NCBI GenBank assembly: GCA_951406725.2
Contig: OX597829.1
Span: forward strand, 10,974,001-11,038,000
Source of the DNA: Octopus vulgaris
Lineage: Eukaryota
Direction of reading: 5' to 3'
Length of the DNA: 64,000 nucleotides
The notes below the pieces were generated by a model. It did not search any database. It saw only the letters and a list, made by a program, of their open reading frames with translations, and was not told the origin of the DNA. Shown one piece after another: positions 27,098 to 39,967 of the stretch; the first letter of the stretch is position 1; the number at the start of each line of letters is the position of its first letter. The position numbers and the translations under genes are program-made.

Positions 27098-28022
27098 TTA
27101 ACTTTGTCTGCTGATTGCGTAGAGCTTGGAACTTTCTAGCATTAAACTGCATGTTATTGTAAGCCCACGTGTATATTGCATATAACTCTTGTTGCCGAAG
27201 GTGGGAGGGGAAGTGTATTGGGGTCTATTTCTGACTGTGTTGACTTTGTTGTTGGTGTTGGTGCTGGTTGGTAACATATGGATTTCGTCTTCGATGTCGT
27301 AGCATATGGGGGACACTAGCCATTTTATTTCCAATTCTGGGGGCACCTTCTTTATTTTAATTTTTGCGACCCTACGGCCAAGGTATGTAGGGATCATTAA
27401 TAAGTTTTCAGATTGGAAGGACTTTGTGGAGAGGTCCTTGGCTCTTTCTTCACTATAGAATCGAACTTCGATGGTGGCAAATTTGTTGCCCCTTGTGATA
27501 TAGTCTTTAAAGGCCCATATAGGCTTTAAACATTTTTCAAAATTTTCTTGTGTGGCCTTTTCATGTAGCCTTGTTTTTAGGTTGAATGCCTTGTAAATAA
27601 GTGGGGGGTTTTTTCGATTTTTTTTCTGTGATGTCTTGCAGTGTCTGTAGTTGTATGCTGAGGTCGTCTTTTTTTTAACATTGCTTTACATGCAAGTAGT
27701 TCCTCCTCCGAAAAAGATACGTAAGATTTCTTTAGCTTTAAAGCTGCGGCAAAATTGTTTTCGGTATTCGTGTCGGTTGTGGTGGTGATGGCGGTAGTGG
27801 TGGTGGCAGTGGTAGAGGCAGTAGTAGAAGCTCTTTCTAAGGGATGTGTGCCTTCATGCGGAACGGCTTTGTTTTCAGATTCCTTCGCCTCTAGTATTGG
27901 TGGAGGCGGGGAGTCGGCCTCGTGGTTTCGCATAGCCATATTTGTTTCCCTTGAAAATACACTCAAACGAAAGCTGGGTGCTTTACATATAAGGTGTGTA
28001 AAAATTGGAACAAAATGTGTGC
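27098..28022 (-). mobile_element. Tx1-like LINE 5' fragment (5' UTR + ORF1 N-terminal part)
   Basis: IPTYLGRRVAKIKIKKVPPELEIKWLVSPICY matches VPYYKGQRVSRISIKNVPHEIPNKWITGAICY of ORF1 at 6058; shared 5' UTR motif; poly-Thr and NFAAALK. Confidence 0.85.
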
Positions 28023-28047
28023 AATATATATATATACACACACACAC

Positions 28048-28202
28048 GCGACGAAATTCCACACAGTTTCTGAGTATCAAATCCGCTCACAAGGCATTGG
28101 TCGACTCGGGGTTATAATAGAAGACACTTGTCGCGCAGTGAGACTGAACCCGAAACCATGTAACTGCTAAGCGCGTCTCTTAACCACACACCCACAGCTG
28201 CG
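28048..28202 (-). mobile_element. OK-like SINE 5' half
   Basis: GTGTGGTTAAG...GGGTTCAGTCTCACTG...AAGTGTCTTCTATTATA. Confidence 0.75.
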
Positions 28203-30861
28203 TTAAATTTATTTATATTTTAAGAAAATGGTACTTGTGCAGCATGTTAATATCCATCTGTTATTGCTTCCGTAAAATTTCTCGATAATGCATTTTTAGT
28301 GGAAAGAATATAATTTTTCTTAATATGACTGAATAATCAGTAGATAACAACAATTAACTGTTATCCTTTCTTTATCTGCACAAATATAAACAAACACCAA
28401 CATGCCCATGTTTCACACATTAGCTGGAAATTTCATCCAAGTTTCCGACACTCAAAACGAATATTGTCTATCATTTAGGTGGTGTATTCTAATGTGAAGG
28501 AAGTTGTATAATGCAAACTTTTAACAGGCAATCTATGTGAAGATGTGTCAGACACAAAAAATAAACATGGGTGAAAATTATTATGAGAAAAAGATTAGTG
28601 AAGATAATTCTTTTCTAGTCTAAGTACAAAGCCCGAAATTTTGGGTGAGGGCCGAATCGATTAGAACATCCCCACTACGCAACTGGTACTTTATCGACCC
28701 CGAAAGGAAGAACTTCAGATGAAATTTTAAACAATTTTAGTTACTGATGGGAAAAGTTGTTTGATTAGTAATTAGAAAAGTAAAACAAGGATAGTGAGTA
28801 AAACAACACGTCTAAAATAAAAATGACCTTGCTTGATATACCGAAAGAAAAATGACTGAAGCTACTATTTAAGCACAATTATGTCCTATAACCTATCCCT
28901 TCGCATGGAATTACGAGGCTGAAGAAGTCTGAAGAAACCAACGGTACTTTTAAACTAATTTGAATTTCAAATAGATTTCAGTATATTCAAAACTAAAACT
29001 CTGTATTATTTTTTGGACGAACAGCCAAAACTTATGGAAATCGGTAGATTAGTTAGCAAAATCATGGAACTAATGTTTCCATAAGAAAGTAATTATGTTA
29101 GAGAGTTCACGAACAAAGAATGTACTCTGAAATGACAAAGAAATGTTTAAACTGAACTTACAACAGGTAACATGTAGGAAAGTAATGAAGCTTGGCTGTG
29201 AAAGATGATGACAAAATTTTAATGAAATTGAAAAAAAAACGGCTCAAGACAGAAGTATCTACAACACCCCAACGCGTCCGTATGGCGCCAGAATAAAATG
29301 CATCCCCAAAAGAATCAAAGACAAATTGAATTATAGTGTGCTTTGAACTTAGAATGAAATTCAATTCTACCAATAATTTATATCAGTCGTTTTAATATTG
29401 ATAACATATAATTAATAAATATGATCTTTATTTGTTGTTTTATAGCCTCAGTTCAGCCTCTATCGAACAGTCCAGTGGCTCTGAGACCACAATATTCAAA
29501 ATGATCTTCCTTTATTTTAAGATTGCAGTATGCGATTTATTTAGCTGGTACTTCTAACAGTCCGAGTGGCTCTTTAGAGGTTGCCCCGTGGACTCATTAA
29601 CTGTAATTCTATTCTTTTAAGTAGGGGTCATCTTTTCTTTTAATCCACCACCCAATTAACCACTATCTGGCCTTTGTGTGTCTTTAGAGGAATCCAATCT
29701 TATGCAAGCATTCGGACCAGCTCTTCTGTATAAAGACAGTTATCTTCCTTTTTTCCGCTAGTCTTAGAGGCTCTGAAAATGGCCTGGGTGCTGCCTTCTT
29801 CCTCTAAGATAGACATTAATAAGAAGAATTAGAAGCAAAAATGAAAGGATCTTGTGTAAACTGAGGTACTAGGTCGCGATGTCGATCATACTGGGAAATG
29901 TAGTTTATTATTTTTGATATTCATACAGGTTCTCTAAATTTCATAAAGGAAAACGAGAGGTTGTGACGTTCATGCCTTGCCTAAAGAAATTACTGATAGG
30001 GGTGAAATGAGATATATCTGGGACTGAAACCCCGTTGATGTTGATTCGTCGAAAACTTACTTATTTATCCATGATACTCACCTCGTTGAAAGGAAATATT
30101 TAAATGAAAAAAGAATTTTTAATAAAAATGTTTTTCATTACTTTGCGGTTTTTTTATTTCCTTTATATATCAATTTTTTTCCCTTTCATGATCGTCTGGT
30201 TTAGAATAAATTTATTTAAAATGTACACTCCCTGGATTATTGCACTATTTTATTGACAAAATAAAAATGTGTGTGTGCGTATGTGGTAAGTGATTGTGTG
30301 TCTTCGATAGTGTGTATTTGCGTGCATTTATACGCGCGCGCGCGCGTGTGTGTTAGCAGTTTAATAAAAGTTAAAGGACTCGAATTATAATACTGAAAAA
30401 AAGAACGAATAGAAAACATACAGAACGACCTTTTGGCGGCCCTGTTAACAACCAACAATTTATTGTTATTGTCATCTTTCAGACTTAGCGAAACTGAAAT
30501 CATATTATCTACCGCAACCTCTTTATATTTAAAACAATATGGTGTTTTGTAACATATCCCGACTCACCACAGAGATTCACTGACCCGCTTGTATTTTTGT
30601 TTTTGTTGTTTAACTTCAAATCAGTGCTGATGCAGAAGACATATGATCGAAAGCATCCAGTCGTAACCTCACCCCCGTCTTTTTATATATATGTTGGATT
30701 ACATTACCTAATGTATCTGTCAATATTGCTACCGAGACAGTGAATTGATAGAATCGCAAGTGTTACCAGAATGTTATAGTGTTTCTCACTTTGAGTCTAG
30801 ATCCGTCCGAGATCAACTTGAGATCATCTTTTCAGAGACGATAAATAAAGAACTGAGGTCA

Positions 30862-30903
<42 letters not shown>

Positions 30904-32050
30904 CTCTTTCCTTATCTCTCATGCACCTATAATTTAAATGGTCCAGCCTCCTAATTATGTCATGTTACGCTGATTCTCCTAAATATATGTTAAGAGTATA
31001 AGTATTTTTGGTCTGCCACTTAAAAGTTCGTTTCACCATATTGAATCGAAGTCGACGGATTATCCACAAATTAAGACAGTAGCATTTGAGGGAGAACTAG
31101 CCACTATTTTTATAAGACCGAGCGAACACATAGTTGTAACCATGTTTGCTTGCGTTCGAATCGTTGTTTAGTCGTTTAGTCCGAGTCCAACATAGATCGA
31201 ATAGTCTTATAACAAAGACATTACATCTGTGACCATCCCGTCTTTTTATAATGTATATAAAACGAGTTAGCGTACATACGAAAGAAAAAGGCATGCAACA
31301 CATTTAATAGGAGCTACATTTATTATTATTTAAAACAATTTGATTCGGCTCCATGCAACTTCAGGTTTCGCGGCTCATTCTGGCTCACATTAATGAATGG
31401 AGTGATACAGGAAGTCCAAGATGGCTGCCGAAAAATGGACTGCTATTAGTCAATGCATGTCTTTGTTAGAAGTGAGATCGGCATTTCAGCTACACCGGAT
31501 GCATTAAAGATGAGATTTTCTTGAACCAACCAAACACACATGCGTTTCTGTACGCATCCTAAACAAACTGGCGCACGTACGCTTATACAACCAGCACTAA
31601 TGTAACATATTTGCGCGCACCCACACACCTATACATATAGGTATACACACACTCACACAACCAATAACACACCCACATCCACGCACCCATACATCTTGTG
31701 TACACACACACACACATACACACGCTCTCGTTGACCTTGCTTCTGTTGGCTTCCAAGTACCTACAAATGACCACCAGATACCTATACACCACCACCATTC
31801 TGTCCAGACACGCGGCCAAATAAATTCTCCTTTGTAACGTGTAATGTGTCCCTGAAATGCCGATCTCTTCTCAAACAACACCATGTGACCTGCATTCCTC
31901 CATTCGGTAATCTGAACTGGAATGAGCTAGATTTCTTTTAGAAGCCTGCGAAACTTAAAGTCCATGACGTCGAATTAAACTGTTTTAAATATTATTATTA
32001 TTAATAATAATAATAATACTAATAGTAATAATAATAATAATAACAACAAC

Positions 32051-32102
<52 letters not shown>

Positions 32103-32105
<3 letters not shown>

Positions 32106-32945
32106 CGGAGCTCAGGGCTAAAAGCAGAGAGCGAAGGTTTCATCCTGGCTGCTCAAGATCAAAGCCTATTAACCCGGAACTACCAGGCCAATGTGATGAA
32201 AAATGGAGCAGACCCAAAATGCCTATTCTGCAACGACATGATTGAAACAGTGGACCACCTAATCTCTGGATGTAAAGTCTTAGCACCAGTGGAGCATAAA
32301 TTAAGACATGACAGAGTTGGCCAATATCTCCACTCGCTAATAAGTCGGCATTACAATATCAAAACTGCCGACAAGTGGTATAATCACCACCCTGAGGCTG
32401 TAACTGAAGGAGAAAATGTAACGATTCTGTGGGACTTTCCACTACATCAAGGCCAATAAACCAGATATTGTTGTGAAAGACCAAAACAATAAAGTTTGCT
32501 TATTGATCGACATGAGCATCCCCTGTGATCATAATATCTCAGCGAAAGAGTTTGACAAGCTCAGAAAATATAAAGACCTACTCATTGAAATTGAGAAAAT
32601 GTGGCATCTCAAGGCGGTTACAATACCAGTGATCGTAGGAGCACTAGGAATGATCAAGAAGGGAACCGAAAATTATATGAGAATGATCCCTGGCTTACCA
32701 TCCCTGCAAGAAGTGCAAAAGATTGTCTTAACTGGTACATCACACGTATTGAGAAGAGCATTATCGATGTGAGAACTGTTGCTGCTCATGTATTTTAATT
32801 TAACTTAAAAATTAAAAAATAAAAAATGAATGAACTACTGAGTTTGGTTTAATGGCCTACCAATGTATACTATGAGTTTCTTTGCCCTAGGAGTCGGGAA
32901 GACACTCGGCAAGAAATGGAAGCAAATTTGAAAGAAGAAAAAAAG
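32103..32945 (+). mobile_element. R4/Dong-type family C, 5'-truncated (CCHC + RLE + 3' UTR)
   Basis: EGFILAAQDQSL, CLFCNDMIETVDHLISGC, RHD, KPDIV, KLRKYKDL; (AAT)n flanks. Confidence 0.92.
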
Positions 32946-32964
32946 TAATAATAATAATAATAAT

Positions 32965-33519
32965 AAATGCCCTGATGCAGTACCAGGCAATGGCTCTCAT
33001 GGCTTCTGATCTTAACTGATAGGAAGTGTTATGTACATTGTTTTGTCTTGGTATAAAAGATGGGCTACAGCAAATATTCTGCTCAATACCACAGATTTGC
33101 TTGTCAGTTGTTTGACCATAACCAGTTGAGCATGTCCCTTAGTGGCTGACGATATGTGCATCTCTGATCACGAGCAGAAGTAGTGGGGGAGCATCATAGC
33201 CATGTGTTCAGAAGGATTCTTTGGGGTTTGAATAATTCACCTCTGGAAACATGGGTGTTTCGTTCAACGTCCTTAAACAACCCTTATTCAGGGACCTTTT
33301 GAGCGGGATGGGTTACTCGATCTGAAGAAAATTCTAACTGGGCTCCACCTGCAAGGTCATGTGCTGTTTATCTTGATATGAGATCACCATGTCGCGCACA
33401 TATGGTTGTGATGCATGTGCCTGGTGTACCCTTATCAGACGGGTAGTCATGATGGGTATACTGGGCTTCGTATATTTTACCCCAGTGTCACTTTGATGGC
33501 ATGCTCTGCTCGCTCACTC
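32965..33519 (+). mobile_element. 555-bp non-coding (TAA)n-inserted element, full length
   Basis: Starts AAATGCCCTGATGCAGTACCAGGCA, ends CTCACTC; AAT repeats on both sides. Confidence 0.88.
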
Positions 33520-33600
<81 letters not shown>

Positions 33601-33602
33601 TA

Positions 33603-33650
<48 letters not shown>

Positions 33651-33661
33651 GTTATTATTAT

Positions 33662-34196
33662 CTTTTTTTTTCTTCTTTCAAATTTGCTTCCATTTCTTGC
33701 CGAGTGTTTTCCCGACTCCTAGGGCAGAGAAACTCATAGTATACATTGGTAGGCCATTAAACTAAACTCACTAGTTTTTTCATTTTTTTTTAAAGTTAAA
33801 TTAAAATACATGGGTAGTAATATTTCTCACATCGACAATACTCTTCTCAATACGTGTGATGTACTAGTTAAGACAATCTTTTGCAGGGATGGTAAGCCAG
33901 GGATCATTCTCATATAATTTTCGGTTCCCTTCTTGATCATTCCTAGTGCTCCTACGATCACTGGTATTGTAACCGCCTTGAGATGCCACATTTTCCCAAT
34001 TTCAATGAGCAGGTCTTTATATTTTCTGAGCTTGTCAAACTCTTTCGCCGAGATATTATGATCACAGGGGATGCTCATGTCGATCAATAAGCAAACTTTA
34101 TTGTTTTGGTCTTTCACAACAATATCTGGTTTATTGGCTTTGATGTTCGGTCTGTATGTAGTGGAAAGTCCCACAGAATCGTTACATTTTTTCCTT
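33662..34196 (-). mobile_element. R4/Dong-type family C 3' fragment
   Basis: Reverse-complement homologue of 32410-32945. Confidence 0.92.
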
Positions 34197-34653
<457 letters not shown>

Positions 34654-34705
34654 CATATAGATACACACGTATATGTTTTACATATATTTACATGTATATG
34701 TATGG

Positions 34706-34732
<27 letters not shown>

Positions 34733-34739
<7 letters not shown>

Positions 34740-35401
34740 CGAGAAAGAAGCAACAAGAATGGATTAGTTTTTAGTACGATTGTTTCATACAAAGACAGGC
34801 TTTATTACAAGTTGCAAAAATTGCAGCAGATAAAAGTGTCCCGTACTCATCAGCTAAAATGCATATGAGATCTCCAAACATCTTAGTGGGTGAGGCTATA
34901 CTCATGAAGTATTGGAGATAATTTCATTAAACGCAGATTTAGGTTGCAAACAGATTTCCAAAGTTCCTTAATGATGATGCACAGTCTTATCACAGGTTCT
35001 TAAAAGCTTATTAGCTTCACAGAGAAGGTGATAAGCTTTTAAGAACCTGTGATAAAAATGTGCATCATCATTAAGGAACTTTGGAAATCTGTTTGCAATG
35101 AAATTATCTCCAATACTTCATGAGTATAGCCTCACCCACTAAGATGTTTGGAGAACTCATATGTATTTTAGCTGATGAGTACGGGACACTTTTATCTGCT
35201 GCAATTTTTGCAACTTGTAATAAAGCCTGTCTTTGTATGAAACAATTGTACTAAAAACTAATCCATTCTTGTTGCTTCTTTCTCGTATATAATCACCCCA
35301 CATTACTGTATGGTTAACACGATATAGTTTTCTGGTGCATCTAAGTTAAGTACCACATTCAAGTAAATTCATTGGAATTGACTTGAATCTTAATTGCTTT
35401 G

Positions 35402-35405
<4 letters not shown>
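34733..35405 (+). mobile_element. Penelope-like pLTR with an inverted partial copy (fold-back), in (TA)n
   Basis: Arms ~34733-35011 and ~35031-35290 are inverted repeats; the right arm continues with a ~115-bp tail; hammerhead motif in each arm. Confidence 0.85.
35166..35256 (+). ncRNA. Type I hammerhead ribozyme motif (PLE-associated)
   Basis: TTTTAG-CTGATGA-[GTAC...GTAT]-GAAA-CAATTG-TA-CTAAAA: stem I pairs, core is intact, stem III is palindromic. Confidence 0.85.
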
Positions 35406-35473
<68 letters not shown>

Positions 35474-35654
35474 ATAAATTAGTAATGCAATACTAGAGTA
35501 TTGCTTTCCAGTAAAGAATAGCCCGAGAGGGAAAATATACAAAGAAGTAAATATACGTATTATTACGTTCGCTATTTCCAGTAAATATCGGTACTTCGTT
35601 GTGCCATATATTTACTTCTTTGTATATACAATATATATATATAATATGTATATA

Positions 35655-36690
35655 CAGGGTGCGATGGATAAATTGTCACCATTTATGTTTTTAAATTCGT
35701 TCATGCACATTGTTTGTTTTTGATTTTGTCAACTACACTATATAGCAGGCTCAGTTGGGCACTGTCTGTGAGAAAAACAGAACCATGACGCAATTCACTC
35801 TGCCAGAAATTTGGAAACGACATGCTGTACTGCTTGACATTCGTGTCATACTGCTTGTCATCCAACATGAACATTTCAGCGTGTTTGGATGTCAATATGA
35901 GGACAGTGCAATCTGAGGACAGTACAGAGGATTCGGAAAGTTGGATTACTTTGATGGTAATTACGTAGGTATGGCAGCTCAGAAAACTTACTCTGATCGT
36001 TCTGATAAGAAAATATCTCTTGAATTTGTTGGCGAGATCCAGGCCATGATTGACAACGATAGCTCCAAGTCAATCAGGTCCATCGCCAGGGACATACGAG
36101 TGTCTGAGTTTGTTATCCGGCAGGTAGTACATGAAGACATTCGGTATTCCTCGTACAACGTGAAATGGGCACATTTTTATCCCAAACCATCAAGGACTAG
36201 AGAAAAGACCGCGCTACCAAGCTTTTGACCAAACTCAAGCATCCCCTTCAACCGAACATGCTTTGGTCTTTCTCAAACGAGAAAATTTTCTGCAAGGGTC
36301 AGATTGTGAACACACAGAGAACAACTGATGGTTTGCCATGTCCCCAAAACATGTTCTAAGTGTGATAAAAATCAAACATTCAGTCAACATCATGGTGTTT
36401 GCAGTGATCACTAGTGATGGCAACGTTATGCCTCCATTCATCTTCCTACACGGCCTCAGACTCAACACGGAGGCATACATCAAGTGCCTGGAAGAGGTAG
36501 TTCTGCCCTGGGTGATGAGGGTGGCTGCTGGAAGATATCATGTCTAGCAACAGGACTCTACATCATGCCACATAAGCAGAATAACCCAGTCATGGCTTTG
36601 AGACAATTTCTGCGACCACATCACTCCAAACATCTGGCCACCTAACTCCTCAGACTTGCAACCCTCTTGATTGTTATGTATGAGGTTGCA
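35655..36690 (+). mobile_element. Tc1/mariner DD37D (maT-type) transposon relic
   Basis: TA|CAGGGTG terminus; S(D)EK.F, IMVFAVITSDG, QQDS..H...WPPNS.D..PLD with about 37 residues between the last two Asp positions. Confidence 0.82.
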
Positions 36691-36694
36691 GTCG

Positions 36695-37345
36695 ACTTCG
36701 GAATCTCCTGCAACTCTTCCGGATAGTCTCCTTATTTAAGTTGGTGAATGCTGCCATAATACTTGCCTTTAGTTCATTTTTGGTGTTACAGGGAGTTTTG
36801 TTGACCTTTCGCTCAACTGCGCCCCACACATAATAGTCAAAGGAATTTGCAGTCTTGGGATGCGTCTCAGTGCAGAGTCTTGTTGCCAGAATTAGGATCG
36901 TTCAGCAGCTAAGCTCTTCACCCAGGACAACATTACCTTCTCCAGGCACTTGATGAAGGCCTTTGTGTTGAGTCTGGGGCTGTGTGGGAAGATGAGTGGA
37001 GGCATAAAATCGCCATCACGAGTGATCGCTCCAGACACCATGACGTTGAGTGGGTGTTTGATTTTTATCACTCTCGGTACGTCCTTAGATTGCACTCTCC
37101 TCAGATTGACACCCAAATACTCTGAAATGATCCTATTGGAGCTTCCGCCACGAATGCCAAGCTATACAGCATGTTGTTTCAAGTTTCTGGCAGAATGAAT
37201 TGCGCAATGGTGCTATTTTTCTCACAGACTATGCTCGACTGACTCAACTATACTGTGTAGTCGAGAAAATAAAAACAAGCAATGCGCATGCGCGAAATAA
37301 AAAATATAAAGTATAAAATGGCGACAATTTTCCCATCGCAACCTC
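36695..37345 (-). mobile_element. Second DD37D mariner relic, internally deleted, opposite orientation
   Basis: Left end is homologous to 35655-35830; VMVSGAITRDGDFMPPLIF..LNTKAFIKCLEKV. Confidence 0.8.
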
Positions 37346-37462
37346 CTAGTCTGTGTGTGTGTGTGTGTTATATATATATAAACAATTGCAGCGTGGAAGG
37401 TGTTTATAAACCATTTAAGACACACACAAAACCGTTAGATTCACTTCAACATTTAAATTTAA

Positions 37463-37513
37463 TTTGTCAAAATATTTTCGTCGCTTTCAGACCGCGACCT
37501 GTTCACTGACAAA
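37463..37513 (-). ncRNA. Variant hammerhead ribozyme motif (G3-C8)
   Basis: TTTGTCA-GTGAACA-g-GTCGC-loop-GCGAC-GAAA-ATAT-TT-TGACAAA on the minus strand. Confidence 0.6.
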
Positions 37514-37579
37514 ACTTCGTGCTGCATCTGAGAAAGTAACAGTTAGTTCATGATATATATATGTACGTATGTATGTGTG

Positions 37580-37613
<34 letters not shown>

Positions 37614-38046
37614 TGTATGTATGTATGTATGTATGTATGTATGTATGTATGTATGTATGTATGTATGTATGTATGTATGTATGTATGTATGTATGTTTGT
37701 ATGTATGTATGTATGTATGTATGTATGTACGTATGTATGTACGTATGTATGTATGTATGTATGTATGTATGTACGTACGTATGTATGTATGTATGTATGT
37801 ATGTATGTATGTATGTATGTATGTATGTCTGTATGTATGTATGTGCGTATGTATGTGTGTACATGTATGTGCGCATGCTTTACGCATGTATGCATATACT
37901 TATGTACTTACGTATGTATGTGAGTATTTAGGAGAGTGTGTAGAAATGTCTGTGTGTGTACATGTGTATGTACATGTGAACGTATGTTTATGTAATGATG
38001 TGTCAATTCAAGTTGTATACACACATATGCATTTATATAGACACAC

Positions 38047-38077
<31 letters not shown>

Positions 38078-38249
38078 CGTTTGTCCCTCTCACCACCGTC
38101 TAACGGTGAATGGATACAACGTCCTAGATACATATATGCACATATAACCTTATACATATATACAAGTACACAATCATATAGACACTTACACATACTCACA
38201 AATATACGTATAATCTTAAAGTATACACACATATACGCTCAGCCATCCT

Positions 38250-39215
38250 AGATTACCTGTCCTAGATACTGAGCTGTGGATGGAAAATACTATGGTTAAC
38301 GGAACTGTTAAACCCTGTATACTCCACTCACACTATTGTAAACCTATGGCTAATCCACTGGTAATCCGTAATGACTCAGCGATGTCGAGTACTACCAAGC
38401 TCAACATCCTGGTGGCAGACTTAGTTAGAGTAATGAGGAATGTATCTCCACTATGCCAACCACAAGAACGACAACAACACATCCAGCACTTCATATTCCG
38501 AATGCAACGCTCCGGATACACACAATATTACAGAATCAGAGTGTACAAAGGAGCGAAAACAAGATTCGAACGCATTCTAAGAGATGACGAAACGGTATAT
38601 GCTCTCCTGTACCGCAACAAGTTCTCGAATAGGTAAGAGAGAGACACCAACAAAAGAAATAAAACCAATACTTGGTATGATAACAAGAAATTTCACTGTG
38701 TAATGTTTGTTGACGCCACACCTAAGAACGAATTGTGTAAGGCATTCAAGAAAATCCTGCACACAACTAGCCTTAAGATCAAGGTTGTAGAAAAGACAGG
38801 TAGGACTATCAAATCTGTATTATGTAGATCATATCCATTTGATAGATTCACATGTCAAAATAATTGTGCAGTATGTTCTACAAACCCACATGTGAACTGC
38901 AAAACCAAGAGCACTGCATACCAAATTGAGTGCCAAGAATGAGCTTGCGCGACCAACCCAGAGTTATACATAGGTGAGACTTCTAGGAGTAACAATGATA
39001 TGTTCAAAGAACACCTGGATAACTACATCGAAAAGAAACCAAACTCCATCTTCTATCAGCATGCTGTAGACTGCCACAAGGGCTCCTTAGGGAGACTTAA
39101 GTTAAACAGCTTATCCACACATTCCACTGATGCAATGCTGAGACAGGCCACGGAAGCTGTCTGTATACAAGAATACAAACCCACTCTCAACCGAAAATAC
39201 GAATGGGGTAACATC
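38250..39215 (+). pseudogene. PLE RT-thumb + Cys-rich linker + GIY-YIG endonuclease, disrupted
   Basis: YCKPMANPLVIRNDSAM..LVRVMRN; CQNNCAVC..C; AYQIECQE*AC..YIGETSRS..FKEH..RQATEAVCI..LNRKYEW. Confidence 0.85.
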
Positions 39216-39622
39216 CAGATTCCATTCGGAGTACCATTCTATAACCACCCCTCTCTCTCTCGTTTACATGTAGTAATCAATGCATACATGTTGAAATGCA
39301 TGGTACTAAAATACATATATGCAGTTATATATAACCGTACGAGTGTACATTGTTTGATATGTATGTACGTATATGTAGATGTATATATGTGTGTACGTGT
39401 ATGTATGTGTTGTGTGTTGTGTATGTTACTGTATAAGTATGTACATGCATGCACATATGAGTATGTGTAAATATATATATATATGTATTATATATGTATG
39501 CATGTAAAATTTTTAAAAAAGGATAAATAGAATAAAATAAAGCATGTTTGAATTTTAACCGTTGTCCCTGAAAAGAGTGTCATATATATGTATATATATA
39601 TATGTATATGTATGTGTGTATG

Positions 39623-39679
<57 letters not shown>

Positions 39680-39888
39680 GTATGTATGTGTGTGTATACG
39701 TATATATGTATGTAGAGATGGATGAGCGTATATGTGTGTATACTTTAAGATTATACGTATATTTGTGAGTATGTGTAAGTGTCTATATGATTGTGTGTAC
39801 TTGTATATATGTATAAGGTTATATGTGCATATATGTATCTAAGACGTTGTATCCATTCACCGTTAGACGGTGGTGAGAGGGACACACG

Positions 39889-39967
<79 letters not shown>

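Noticed and set aside
31360-31480. Possible host exon or promoter (TTCAG acceptor, YY1-like CAAGATGGCTGCC, GTGAGA donor-like)
   Set aside because: No convincing open frame or homology; such motifs occur by chance without transcript data.
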